The notes under the pieces are model-generated. The model did no database searches. It was not told where the DNA came from and saw nothing but the letters and a program-made list of their open reading frames with translations. The position numbers and the translations under genes are program-made. Positions 27,684-34,686 of a stretch of 40,000 nucleotides of DNA are shown piece by piece (positions within the stretch are counted from its first letter, which is position 1; the number at the start of each line of letters is the position of its first letter). The DNA is from Heyndrickxia oleronia (lineage in GTDB: Bacteria > Bacillota > Bacilli > Bacillales > Bacillaceae_C). Location: contig NZ_CP065424.1 of NCBI RefSeq assembly GCF_017809215.1, positions 4,333,509-4,373,508 of the forward strand, read 5' to 3'.

Positions 27684-28139
27684 CTAACAAGCAGATTTAT
27701 GTTTTTGCAATTCTGTTTCTTTTGTGCCATTCGTGCCATTTGTTTCATCTGCTAATTTATCGACGATAGAATCACGAATTCTTTTAATATGGGAAAAGGA
27801 TAATCCCATGTGCATACCAATCCATCGATAACTTTTCCCCTCAAGTAACCAATGAAGCACCTCGAGTTCACGATCATCTTTAATCAAATACAATCTGTCT
27901 TGAATAACAGAAATTTTTTTCTTATATTTATTTATCACTACATGCCTTTTTTCTCGTCTGATAAGTTCTCTATAAATGGGATCGCCAGTTATTCCTTGTG
28001 GTTTAGGTAATGTTGCTTCAACACCATATTGAGCAGTCAACCCTTCACCAGCTGATTGCAAGGACTTACGTAATTCTTTTATGGAGTTAATCATCCAGTG
28101 ATAATCTTTGAGGATATTTTCAATTTCTTTTTTATTCAT
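27684..28139 (-). CDS. Late-gene transcriptional regulator, sigma-70 region-4 / ArpU-RinA-like
   Basis: C-terminal ELEVLHWLLEGKSYRWIGMHMGLSFSHIKRIRDSIVDKL HTH. Position immediately upstream of the packaging module. Confidence 0.7.
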   Translation of the reverse strand: MNKKEIENILKDYHWMINSIKELRKSLQSAGEGLTAQYGVEATLPKPQGITGDPIYRELIRREKRHVVINKYKKKISVIQDRLYLIKDDRELEVLHWLLEGKSYRWIGMHMGLSFSHIKRIRDSIVDKLADETNGTNGTKETELQKHKSAC

Positions 28140-28211
28140 AAGCTCACCTTCCGAATAAGATATTTTTATTTTATAAAATAATTAAATTTACAATCATTAT
28201 TAAACAGGATA

Positions 28212-28400
28212 CTATTTTCTTCTTATAGCTCCGCCTTTTCCACGCTTATATGTCGCCATATTGACTCCCATAAGGTCTTTTATCTCAGACTCCGATAACC
28301 TCTCTGATTTACGCTTACTGTTCCTCTGACGACCTTCACTAATCATTTCTTTATGCTGTTTCTCCCATTGTTTTAGTTGAACTTTAAATGATTGATTCAT
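28212..28400 (-). CDS. Hypothetical basic protein (62 aa)
   Basis: ORF track; GGGGATGAGGAA SD region. Confidence 0.5.
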   Translation of the reverse strand: MNQSFKVQLKQWEKQHKEMISEGRQRNSKRKSERLSESEIKDLMGVNMATYKRGKGGAIRRK

Positions 28401-28420
28401 TTCCTCATCCCCTTTTTACA

Positions 28421-28470
28421 AATAAAAAAGGACACCAAACGGCAGCATTAAATGCTGTCATTCAGTGTCC
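28421..28470 (-). terminator. Intrinsic terminator closing the three-gene operon
   Basis: Minus strand reads GGACACTGAATGACAGCATTTAATGCTGCCGTTTGGTGTCC followed by TTTTTTATTTG. No T-run on the plus strand. Confidence 0.7.
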
Positions 28471-28495
28471 TCCAGTTGTCTGGTAGGCTAGTATT

Positions 28496-29032
28496 CTATT
28501 GTTTTAAATTAGATACAATTTTAATGCCACTTGGATGTGACATCATGTCTCTATCATTTGAAACAATTATTATAGAATCTTGTAAACACAAATTAATAAA
28601 ATATTCATCATTAAAGTCATAGCTACTATTTTTTAATACTTCATCTATTTTAATATTAGAAAATTTATCATCAATTTTTTCAGCATGTTTGAATATTCTA
28701 TGTTTAATAATCATTCTCAAATTTGAAACTAAATCAATAAAATCTTCGCTTGCTCGAAAATCACGCTTGTAGTTAAGTTCTGGATGAGTTTGTTTTGCAA
28801 TATGGTACTCTAGTTTACAATACGTATTGAAGAACTCCGAAATTTGCATAGCAGTTGTATATATTTTTGCATTAGAATTTAAGATTTTTTCGAAGAAAAC
28901 ATTATATTTTTCAACAACAGATTGATTATAATTTCCAATACTACAATACAAATACATCCAAATATTAGTATCTAAAAAAAATTTGTCATCCTTAGAAGGT
29001 GAAAATTGTTCTATATGATATACTTCACTCAT
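28496..29032 (-). CDS. PIN-domain nuclease-like protein (178 aa)
   Basis: Acidic quartet in PIN order: FFLDTNIW, MQISEF, YDFNDEYF, IVSNDRDM. 8-nt overlap with the upstream gene. Confidence 0.7.
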   Translation of the reverse strand: MSEVYHIEQFSPSKDDKFFLDTNIWMYLYCSIGNYNQSVVEKYNVFFEKILNSNAKIYTTAMQISEFFNTYCKLEYHIAKQTHPELNYKRDFRASEDFIDLVSNLRMIIKHRIFKHAEKIDDKFSNIKIDEVLKNSSYDFNDEYFINLCLQDSIIIVSNDRDMMSHPSGIKIVSNLKQ

Positions 29033-29357
29033 TTTCTAATACCTCATCAATCTCACTGATGTTTTTTATATCAACTTTTGCCCTTGTTATAACTTTTTTC
29101 AATAAATATTTATCTAAATCATCCAGATCAATGATTGAAAGATATTTATTTAATTCTTCTGATGAAAAATTATTATAAAGATTCCCAATTGCCTTGTTTA
29201 AAAAAGCTGTTGTTGTGTCTTCCACATCCGAAAAGCTAAGATAAAATGGCTTTTTTGTACTTAATTCATTTACGATGAATTTGTATAAAGTCTCCCCCTT
29301 TTCTGGAGAGACTGCAATTCTTGAATTGATAATATCTTTGACATAAATTTTATTCAT
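29025..29357 (-). CDS. STAS-like (DUF4325-type) small protein, 110 aa from ATG at 29357
   Basis: FYLSFSDVEDTTTAFLNKAIGNL matches the DUF4325/STAS beta3-alpha2 pattern. GGAGGA lies 7 nt before the ATG at 29357; the track start at 29372 is a TTG. Confidence 0.6.
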   Translation of the reverse strand: MNKIYVKDIINSRIAVSPEKGETLYKFIVNELSTKKPFYLSFSDVEDTTTAFLNKAIGNLYNNFSSEELNKYLSIIDLDDLDKYLLKKVITRAKVDIKNISEIDEVLENE

Positions 29358-29375
29358 GTAATATTCCTCCAATTA

Positions 29376-30251
29376 TTAAAACAGAATATCATTTTGCCAA
29401 GTGAAAGTGTTTTCTAATTTAGAAATAATATTTACAACAGTTCCAGGAAAATAAAAATCAAGATTTCTTTGATGTATTAACCCCTCATTATTTTCCCAAT
29501 ACCCATTACCAGAAATAATTTGAAACACACCATTATTTTCTGTTAAAAATTCCTCAATAATATGTAAACCAATTCCACCAGCTTCAGTATGAACATTTGT
29601 ATGCTCTTTAGTTGTATTTCCATATTTTGTAGCCCACTTAATTGCTGTTGAATCAGAGATTTGCTTGTCGCATAACTTTTCTCTAACATTTGTACCAATA
29701 GTTCTACCTAAGTCAGTGATTGTAAAAGCTACCTTTTTATTCATATGATAATATTGCCCACAGGTATAAACTTTATCACTTTTAGCATGAAGTTGAACAT
29801 TAATAAAAATCTCATTTAAACTCAACTTAAAGCTTTTCATCACAGGATTTGATAAATCTAATCTTATCTTAGGTATTACATGATTACTAACATAATTTGA
29901 GAAATCATCACTATCTTGTACTGAAAAGACTTCATATTTAATTGTAGAATCATAGGTATCATCAATTCTACCCAATTGATATCTTTCATAAAACCCATTT
30001 TTCTTAAATATTTTTTGAATTGAATTTGTTATGTTACTTAGAATAACTCTACACCCATTATATAGCTTTAATTCAAGCCAAGCACCTAAAGTGGATGCGA
30101 GATTTGCCTCAAACCATCTGGTGCTTTTAAATTCTAATTCGATATCTACATTTATTAAACCTTCCGTATTTGTAAATAAACTTGATAAAAAAGTGAATCC
30201 CAAAAAGTCATTCTCGACTTTCTTTGGTATATTGATAATGAATCTATCCAT
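29376..30251 (-). CDS. GHKL (HATPase_c) ATPase/kinase-like protein of the SpoIIAB/RsbW type with an unassigned ~130-aa N-terminal region
   Basis: N-box LNEIFINVQLHA (ExxxNxxxH), G1-like ITDLGRTIG, G2-like EAGGIGLHIIEEF, in the canonical order. Confidence 0.65.
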   Translation of the reverse strand: MDRFIINIPKKVENDFLGFTFLSSLFTNTEGLINVDIELEFKSTRWFEANLASTLGAWLELKLYNGCRVILSNITNSIQKIFKKNGFYERYQLGRIDDTYDSTIKYEVFSVQDSDDFSNYVSNHVIPKIRLDLSNPVMKSFKLSLNEIFINVQLHAKSDKVYTCGQYYHMNKKVAFTITDLGRTIGTNVREKLCDKQISDSTAIKWATKYGNTTKEHTNVHTEAGGIGLHIIEEFLTENNGVFQIISGNGYWENNEGLIHQRNLDFYFPGTVVNIISKLENTFTWQNDILF

Positions 30252-30290
30252 TTCTTAGTACCAATTTAAGTTCAGAATTATCTTTCAATA

Positions 30291-30491
30291 TCAAAACTCT
30301 TCCCCCTCGTCCCACTTTACACGCTTAATCTTGCCTTGATGTGTAACAATTTTCGTCTCACCATATTCAGGTAAAGGAGTCACTTTAGCTTTTCCATCAC
30401 ATACCACTATGGCAAAACTTCCCTTTAGTTCCATTATATCAACTTCTAGTCTCATAGTACTAGGATTAATTTCTATATCTTTTAGTCTCAC
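30291..30491 (-). CDS. Hypothetical small phage protein (GTG start; possibly DUF3954-like)
   Basis: TAGGAGGGG SD 5 nt upstream of the GTG. The family guess is from memory only. Confidence 0.5.
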   Translation of the reverse strand: MRLKDIEINPSTMRLEVDIMELKGSFAIVVCDGKAKVTPLPEYGETKIVTHQGKIKRVKWDEGEEF

Positions 30492-30525
30492 CAGGACCCC
30501 TCCTAATGGTATAATTAAGTTGGCT

Positions 30526-30560
30526 GACGGGAGTGATCCTGTCTTTTTTTATTCTTTTTT
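30526..30560 (+). terminator. Plus-strand intrinsic terminator with no plus-strand gene upstream
   Basis: GACGGGA-GTGA-TCCTGTC followed by TTTTTTTATTCTTTTTT. Confidence 0.55.
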
Positions 30561-30602
30561 ATCTCTAAAACTCGTTTTATAGTAAAATATTCCTTAAGCG
30601 AG

Positions 30603-30830
30603 GTGTTATATTTGAACCTATTTGAAAATGTAGAACTAAATACTATGCAAATTATTATTCCGCTAGTTCTTCTAATTCTTTGTATGGTTTCAATTTCATT
30701 AATATATTGGTTAGTTTTTAGATGGCTACCAAAACTGATATTTAATTTTTTATTAGGTCCTATTGCTTTGCTTGGTGCTTACATTTGGGCATTTCCAATG
30801 AATATGGGTTTCTATGAATTTTTTAAGTAG
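30603..30830 (+). CDS. Small membrane protein (2 TM; GTG start, or internal ATG)
   Basis: ORF track; hydrophobic segments IIIPLVLLILCMVSISLIYWLVF and LLGPIALLGAYIWAF. Confidence 0.5.
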   Translation: MLYLNLFENVELNTMQIIIPLVLLILCMVSISLIYWLVFRWLPKLIFNFLLGPIALLGAYIWAFPMNMGFYEFFK

Positions 30831-30858
30831 GCATCTTAGATAGATGCCTTTAAAATTT
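30830..30858 (+). terminator. Terminator after the membrane protein gene
   Basis: GGCATCT-TAGAT-AGATGCC followed by TTTAAAATTT. Confidence 0.5.
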
Positions 30859-30979
30859 CAAACAACTTGTCCAATTAAATTTGGCAAGTATGAATTTCCT
30901 TCAACAATATCCCTCATCAACTTCCATTTACCATCAAAATATGTCATAATATTACAAAATAATAGTTTTTTAGAAAGAG

Positions 30980-31165
30980 TTGATTACAGTGACTAATAAC
31001 CTAGAAAAAAGGGAATTATCGAACCGTATCGACCATCTAAGAGAAAACCTAATTACTGTTGGTACCCAAAAAGGGCTTAACCATCCAGAAACTATTCAAA
31101 AAAGCCAAGAGTTAGATACCTTAATACTTAAGTATCAATTTTTGATGATTCGCAAAGATAAATAA
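30980..31165 (+). CDS. Spo0E-family aspartyl-phosphate phosphatase-like protein
   Basis: ETIQKSQELDTLILKY matches the SQELDxLI signature of Spo0E/YnzD/YisI; small helical protein of the right length. Confidence 0.8.
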   Translation: MITVTNNLEKRELSNRIDHLRENLITVGTQKGLNHPETIQKSQELDTLILKYQFLMIRKDK

Positions 31166-31171
31166 TTCCTT

Positions 31172-31288
31172 TTAATCGTTAACCTCTACTGCTTCCATAT
31201 ATTTTCCGCATTCAGGACACTTTATTTTCGGTATGACTTCAAATGCAATTTCCAATTGATCACATTCATTGCAAATATACTCGATCAT
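31172..31288 (-). CDS. 38-aa zinc-ribbon protein (CxxC-16-CxxC), below the track cutoff
   Basis: Hand translation gives MIEYICNECDQLEIAFEVIPKIKCPECGKYMEAVEVND. AAGGTAGG lies 7 nt upstream. Confidence 0.4.
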   Translation of the reverse strand: MIEYICNECDQLEIAFEVIPKIKCPECGKYMEAVEVND

Positions 31289-31385
31289 AACTCAACCTAC
31301 CTTGTGTTTTTAATATCTATTTAGAGGAAATAATTAAATTTTACTTAATAAGGAAATGTTATAATTTTCTTAAGGTGGTGATATT

Positions 31386-31574
31386 TTGAATAAACCAAAT
31401 TTATCAACTATTTTTTTGATTATTTTCATTGTTTCTCTTGCATTTTTTGTTTTACTCTATCTCTGTAAAGTACATCTCAATGCTGAAATAGTTATAATTA
31501 TAATTTTATTACTTATAATACTTGGATTACTTATAGGTATTTACACCTTGCTATTATCTAAGGATGAAAAATAA
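31386..31574 (+). CDS. Small 2-TM hydrophobic protein (TTG start)
   Basis: AAGGTGGTG SD about 6 nt upstream of the TTG; sequence is almost entirely I/L/F. Confidence 0.5.
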   Translation: MNKPNLSTIFLIIFIVSLAFFVLLYLCKVHLNAEIVIIIILLLIILGLLIGIYTLLLSKDEK

Positions 31575-31724
31575 TTGTTTGTACTTTCCATCCTCTTCTC
31601 CTCCTATCATCTAAGTTGATTTAGTAAAAAATAACCATTTTATCTGAATATACAGAAATATATTTTTATTACTAAATTTTTCTGTTAATATATTTTCAGA
31701 TTCAAATAAAGTGAGGTGAAAAAT

Positions 31725-31862
31725 ATGAAAAAAATGCTTATAAGGCTTGGGTTGATAACCGCCTTAATTTTTACCGTTTCAACCTCTGTGTCAGCCGCAA
31801 CAATTGAGCCTCAAGGATGCTCTTTAATGGGCCCACCAAGATGGTGTGAAGGTGCTCAATAA
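31725..31862 (+). CDS. 45-aa secreted pre-peptide; predicted mature ATIEPQGCSLMGPPRWCEGAQ
   Basis: GAGGTG SD 6 nt upstream. Sec-type signal MKKMLIRLGLITALIFTVSTSVSA with a VSA-A site. Two Cys residues are 8 residues apart. Below the track cutoff. Confidence 0.55.
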   Translation: MKKMLIRLGLITALIFTVSTSVSAATIEPQGCSLMGPPRWCEGAQ

Positions 31863-31953
31863 TATTTATCTTTGGCTGACTTCCTCTTTTCCCTAACACT
31901 TCCCAGCAAAGTCAGCCTCCTCAAAATGGAAAACAAAACTATCATTTTGTTTC

Positions 31954-32760
31954 CTAAAACAACGTTTGCTGATAATACCCTGTTTCTGCTGCTACTGGAT
32001 TTATCCATAAAACTTCAGTACGTTTAGAACCAGTTTCTGCATAAGCTTCAAATGTTTCCTTGTGCCAATCATTCAAAAAGTGATTATATAAATCATTATC
32101 ATAACCACTTAACAGTACTGGTCCGGAATGTCTTTTTAAGCATCCAATTAAAATAGCATGATCCTCATCGCTAAATTCATGGGCATACATTCTCTTGCTC
32201 CTGGTTCTTAATACATAAGGTGGATCTGCATATATAAGTACTTCTGGTCTGTTATATCTATCTATTAGTTTACTAGCATCTTGATGTTCAATTTGAACAT
32301 TTTTTAATCGATCAGCTACGCTCAATATTTTTTCAGGGAGCTTGTTCCATTCCTTTGCTTTATGATGATTGAGTGGATTGATGTTACTTCTCCATCCAGT
32401 TCGATCACTTGTTTTTGCCCCAATTGCTTGCCCACACCTAACTAAAAATACTCGAGCCCGTTCAATTTCATCCTCTGGATTTGCTTCAAAAGATTTATAG
32501 TATTCCTCTCTAGATAGTGGTGTCCAATATACCTTTTCAGCTAACTTTTCCGGATAATCCCTTATTACTTTAAAAAGATTTATTATGTTACTATCAATAT
32601 CATTAATGGTTTCTAGCAATGATGTTTCTTTTCTAAAAAACACTGCTCCGGATCCAAAGAACGGCTCAAGGTATGTTTTATGCTCCGGCATGTGACTAAT
32701 AATCCAATCAGCCATACTCCATTTGCTACCTGGATAATGCAAGATTCTTGGTATGGCCAT
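31954..32760 (-). CDS. N6-adenine DNA methyltransferase, D12/Dam class (orphan)
   Basis: YPGSK, EPFFGSGAVFF (motif I) and IYADPPY (motif IV) in Dam order. No nuclease partner is adjacent. Confidence 0.9.
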   Translation of the reverse strand: MAIPRILHYPGSKWSMADWIISHMPEHKTYLEPFFGSGAVFFRKETSLLETINDIDSNIINLFKVIRDYPEKLAEKVYWTPLSREEYYKSFEANPEDEIERARVFLVRCGQAIGAKTSDRTGWRSNINPLNHHKAKEWNKLPEKILSVADRLKNVQIEHQDASKLIDRYNRPEVLIYADPPYVLRTRSKRMYAHEFSDEDHAILIGCLKRHSGPVLLSGYDNDLYNHFLNDWHKETFEAYAETGSKRTEVLWINPVAAETGYYQQTLF

Positions 32761-32995
32761 TTTAATTCACCTCTTTATCAAACTTAATTGCTAACAAGTT
32801 TAAGCATATTTACTATTTTCTTTAATGTATAAATAGGCTTTTGATTGGTTAATTTAATATCATGAAAAAGTACATATTTCTCATAATTTTTTTTGTTGTT
32901 TGGTGGTTACTAATTGGTCTGTACGTTTACTATGACGGACTTTTGAAATATCTTAAATGAAACTTTATTGCTAATATGTTTCGCTTTATGTTGGA

Positions 32996-33175
32996 TCAAA
33001 TCTCTTTAACATAAACTTGTCCATTTGAAGCAGTAAAAAATATATCCTTTTTGCTAGATACTAGGTATGAAACACCCGGTATAACTAAAACATTCATTTC
33101 AGTAATTATTGTGTTAATTTCAAATGTAGCAATCACTTTTCTATCTGATTTTTGAAAAATTACCAAAACTTGCAT
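32996..33175 (-). CDS. Hypothetical protein (59 aa; below the track cutoff)
   Basis: GGAGGAAATA immediately before the ATG at 33175. Hand translation MQVLVIFQKSDRKVIATFEINT... Confidence 0.5.
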   Translation of the reverse strand: MQVLVIFQKSDRKVIATFEINTIITEMNVLVIPGVSYLVSSKKDIFFTASNGQVYVKEI

Positions 33176-33208
33176 TATTTCCTCCTATATGCGAAATAAA
33201 ATGCTTAA

Positions 33209-33481
33209 TTAAGTATTTGAAGTAACAACTGATTTCAGATTTACAAGTTTTATTACATCGTCCTCGTAAAATTCTTCAACTGCTGAATATTCAGCTGCAA
33301 TTTTTGTTATTTTTTCAGCGTCAACATTTATTATTTGAATCCATTCATCTTCATTAATTTCCTTATCATCAACAGTGGTACACTCTCTTAGTTGAGTTCT
33401 AATCTCTTTTAACTTTTTTGCAGCAGCTTTAAGTTCATCAAAATCCTTAATCGATATTTGAACCGTACCTTCAACGTTCAT
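33209..33481 (-). CDS. Hypothetical acidic protein (90 aa)
   Basis: ORF track; AAAGGAGGAATG SD. Confidence 0.55.
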   Translation of the reverse strand: MNVEGTVQISIKDFDELKAAAKKLKEIRTQLRECTTVDDKEINEDEWIQIINVDAEKITKIAAEYSAVEEFYEDDVIKLVNLKSVVTSNT

Positions 33482-33630
33482 GAATCATTCCTCCTTTGGA
33501 AACACAATTATGAATGAGTTTTTAACTATTAACTTTGTAAAGAGTAAAGAATTTTTAAAACTCAATGCTGTACATAAATTTATATACTTTGTAAAAACTA
33601 ATCCTACATATTATGGAAGGGGTTGTAGTC

Positions 33631-33762
33631 TTGAATAAAAAACTAAATATATTAATCGCCATACTCATCAGCAGTACTATTCTTTCAAGTTTATTTAGTA
33701 TTGTTATGCTCACATTAACAGTCAAACATGATAAAAAAGTTACCGGAGGTAGTTTAGGGTAA
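33631..33762 (+). CDS. Possible 43-aa single-TM peptide (TTG start)
   Basis: GGAAGGGG lies upstream. Hand translation MNKKLNILIAILISSTILSSLFSIVMLTLTVKHDKKVTGGSLG. Confidence 0.3.
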   Translation: MNKKLNILIAILISSTILSSLFSIVMLTLTVKHDKKVTGGSLG

Positions 33763-33858
33763 TATCCCTTCTACTTGAGATAAAAGTAATAACTATTCCC
33801 TATATATTATTTTTGAGTTTGACAGAACTAATAAATAACATAGAAAGGAGATAAGATA

Positions 33859-34302
33859 ATGATCACAGCTTTAATTAGAATTGGTTCTCTGTTAGCTTGG
33901 TCGACTGCTTTTTTTATTCCCAAAAAGTCACTCAAAAAATACTTACCAGTCACAATCTTTTCCACTCTTATAACTGTTACTGTATCTTTTATAGGACATC
34001 ATTATAACTTCTGGGGATTGAGAGGAAGCTCCAGAAAAAGAATGTGGAACCTTCTAAGCATAATTGCATATTTTTCTATTGGCTGTTTATGGATTTTTCA
34101 TTTAACTTTTGGCAAATTAAAGCTATACCTATTAATAAATTTATTAAATAATTTCGTTTATGCTTATCTAGTGATACCTCTTTTCGAAAAGCTCAATTTT
34201 ATTACGTACGTCAAATTCAAAAAAATACATCATGTTATTGTGGCAATGATTTATTCTTTATTAATTTATGGTTACCAATTGATTTATAAAAATCCAGATT
34301 GA
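33859..34302 (+). CDS. Polytopic membrane protein, paralogue of 1347-1871
   Basis: AAAGGAG SD; 4-5 hydrophobic segments. Counter-oriented within the early region. Confidence 0.65.
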   Translation: MITALIRIGSLLAWSTAFFIPKKSLKKYLPVTIFSTLITVTVSFIGHHYNFWGLRGSSRKRMWNLLSIIAYFSIGCLWIFHLTFGKLKLYLLINLLNNFVYAYLVIPLFEKLNFITYVKFKKIHHVIVAMIYSLLIYGYQLIYKNPD

Positions 34303-34325
34303 CTATTCAATAAGAAAGCGTTCAA

Positions 34326-34505
34326 TTAGAGCGTTTTTTTATTGAATGAAATAGTTAGATATTCAGTTTGTTTAATAAAACTTTGCCCTAATCCATCTAT
34401 CGATCTAAATGAATTTCTAGTATTAAAAACCCGTTCTGTTTGTGTATTAAACAAAGGAAAAGAATTTCTCCCTTGTCGTTTCATTTGCCTTAAAGCATTT
34501 CCCAC
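34326..34505 (-). CDS. Hypothetical protein (GTG at 34505; the track gives ATG at 34535)
   Basis: AAAGGAG lies 8 nt before the GTG. Follows the upstream stop by 1 nt. Confidence 0.4.
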   Translation of the reverse strand: MGNALRQMKRQGRNSFPLFNTQTERVFNTRNSFRSIDGLGQSFIKQTEYLTISFNKKTL

Positions 34506-34506
34506 A

Positions 34507-34686
34507 TCACCCACTCCTTTTCCAGTCGTACTCATTACCAGCAGGAATCAGTGTGTTAATTTTCTTAGTAAAGCTGTTCATCTTCTTGATCTGCTCTTTA
34601 TTAATGCCAGGTTCAAAAACAGTAATTACCTGTAAAATTTCGTTATCCGTCCCTTTGTACTTATGCTCCACCACTCGCCTTGTCAT
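34507..34686 (-). CDS. Hypothetical protein (59 aa; below the track cutoff)
   Basis: ATGA overlap with the 264-aa gene. Hand translation MTRRVVEHKYKGTDNEILQVITVFEPGINKEQIKKMNSFTKKINTLIPAGNEYDWKRSG. Confidence 0.45.
   Translation of the reverse strand: MTRRVVEHKYKGTDNEILQVITVFEPGINKEQIKKMNSFTKKINTLIPAGNEYDWKRSG

Noticed and set aside
31871-31951. Hairpins GGCTGACTT...AAGTCAGCC and GGAAAACAAAA...TTTTGTTTCC between the convergent peptide and methylase genes
   Set aside because: The first has a 25-nt loop and neither has a clean T-run. They are plausible convergent terminators but too weak to list as features.
32862-32957. 31-aa plus-strand hydrophobic ORF (MKKYIFLIIFFVVWWLLIGLYVYYDGLLKYLK)
   Set aside because: No recognisable SD upstream. 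Could be real, but the sequence alone gives insufficient support.
34342-34635. 97-aa plus-strand ORF
   Set aside because: Antisense to two translationally coupled minus-strand small ORFs (34326-34505, 34507-34686) that continue the early operon, and it has no SD.
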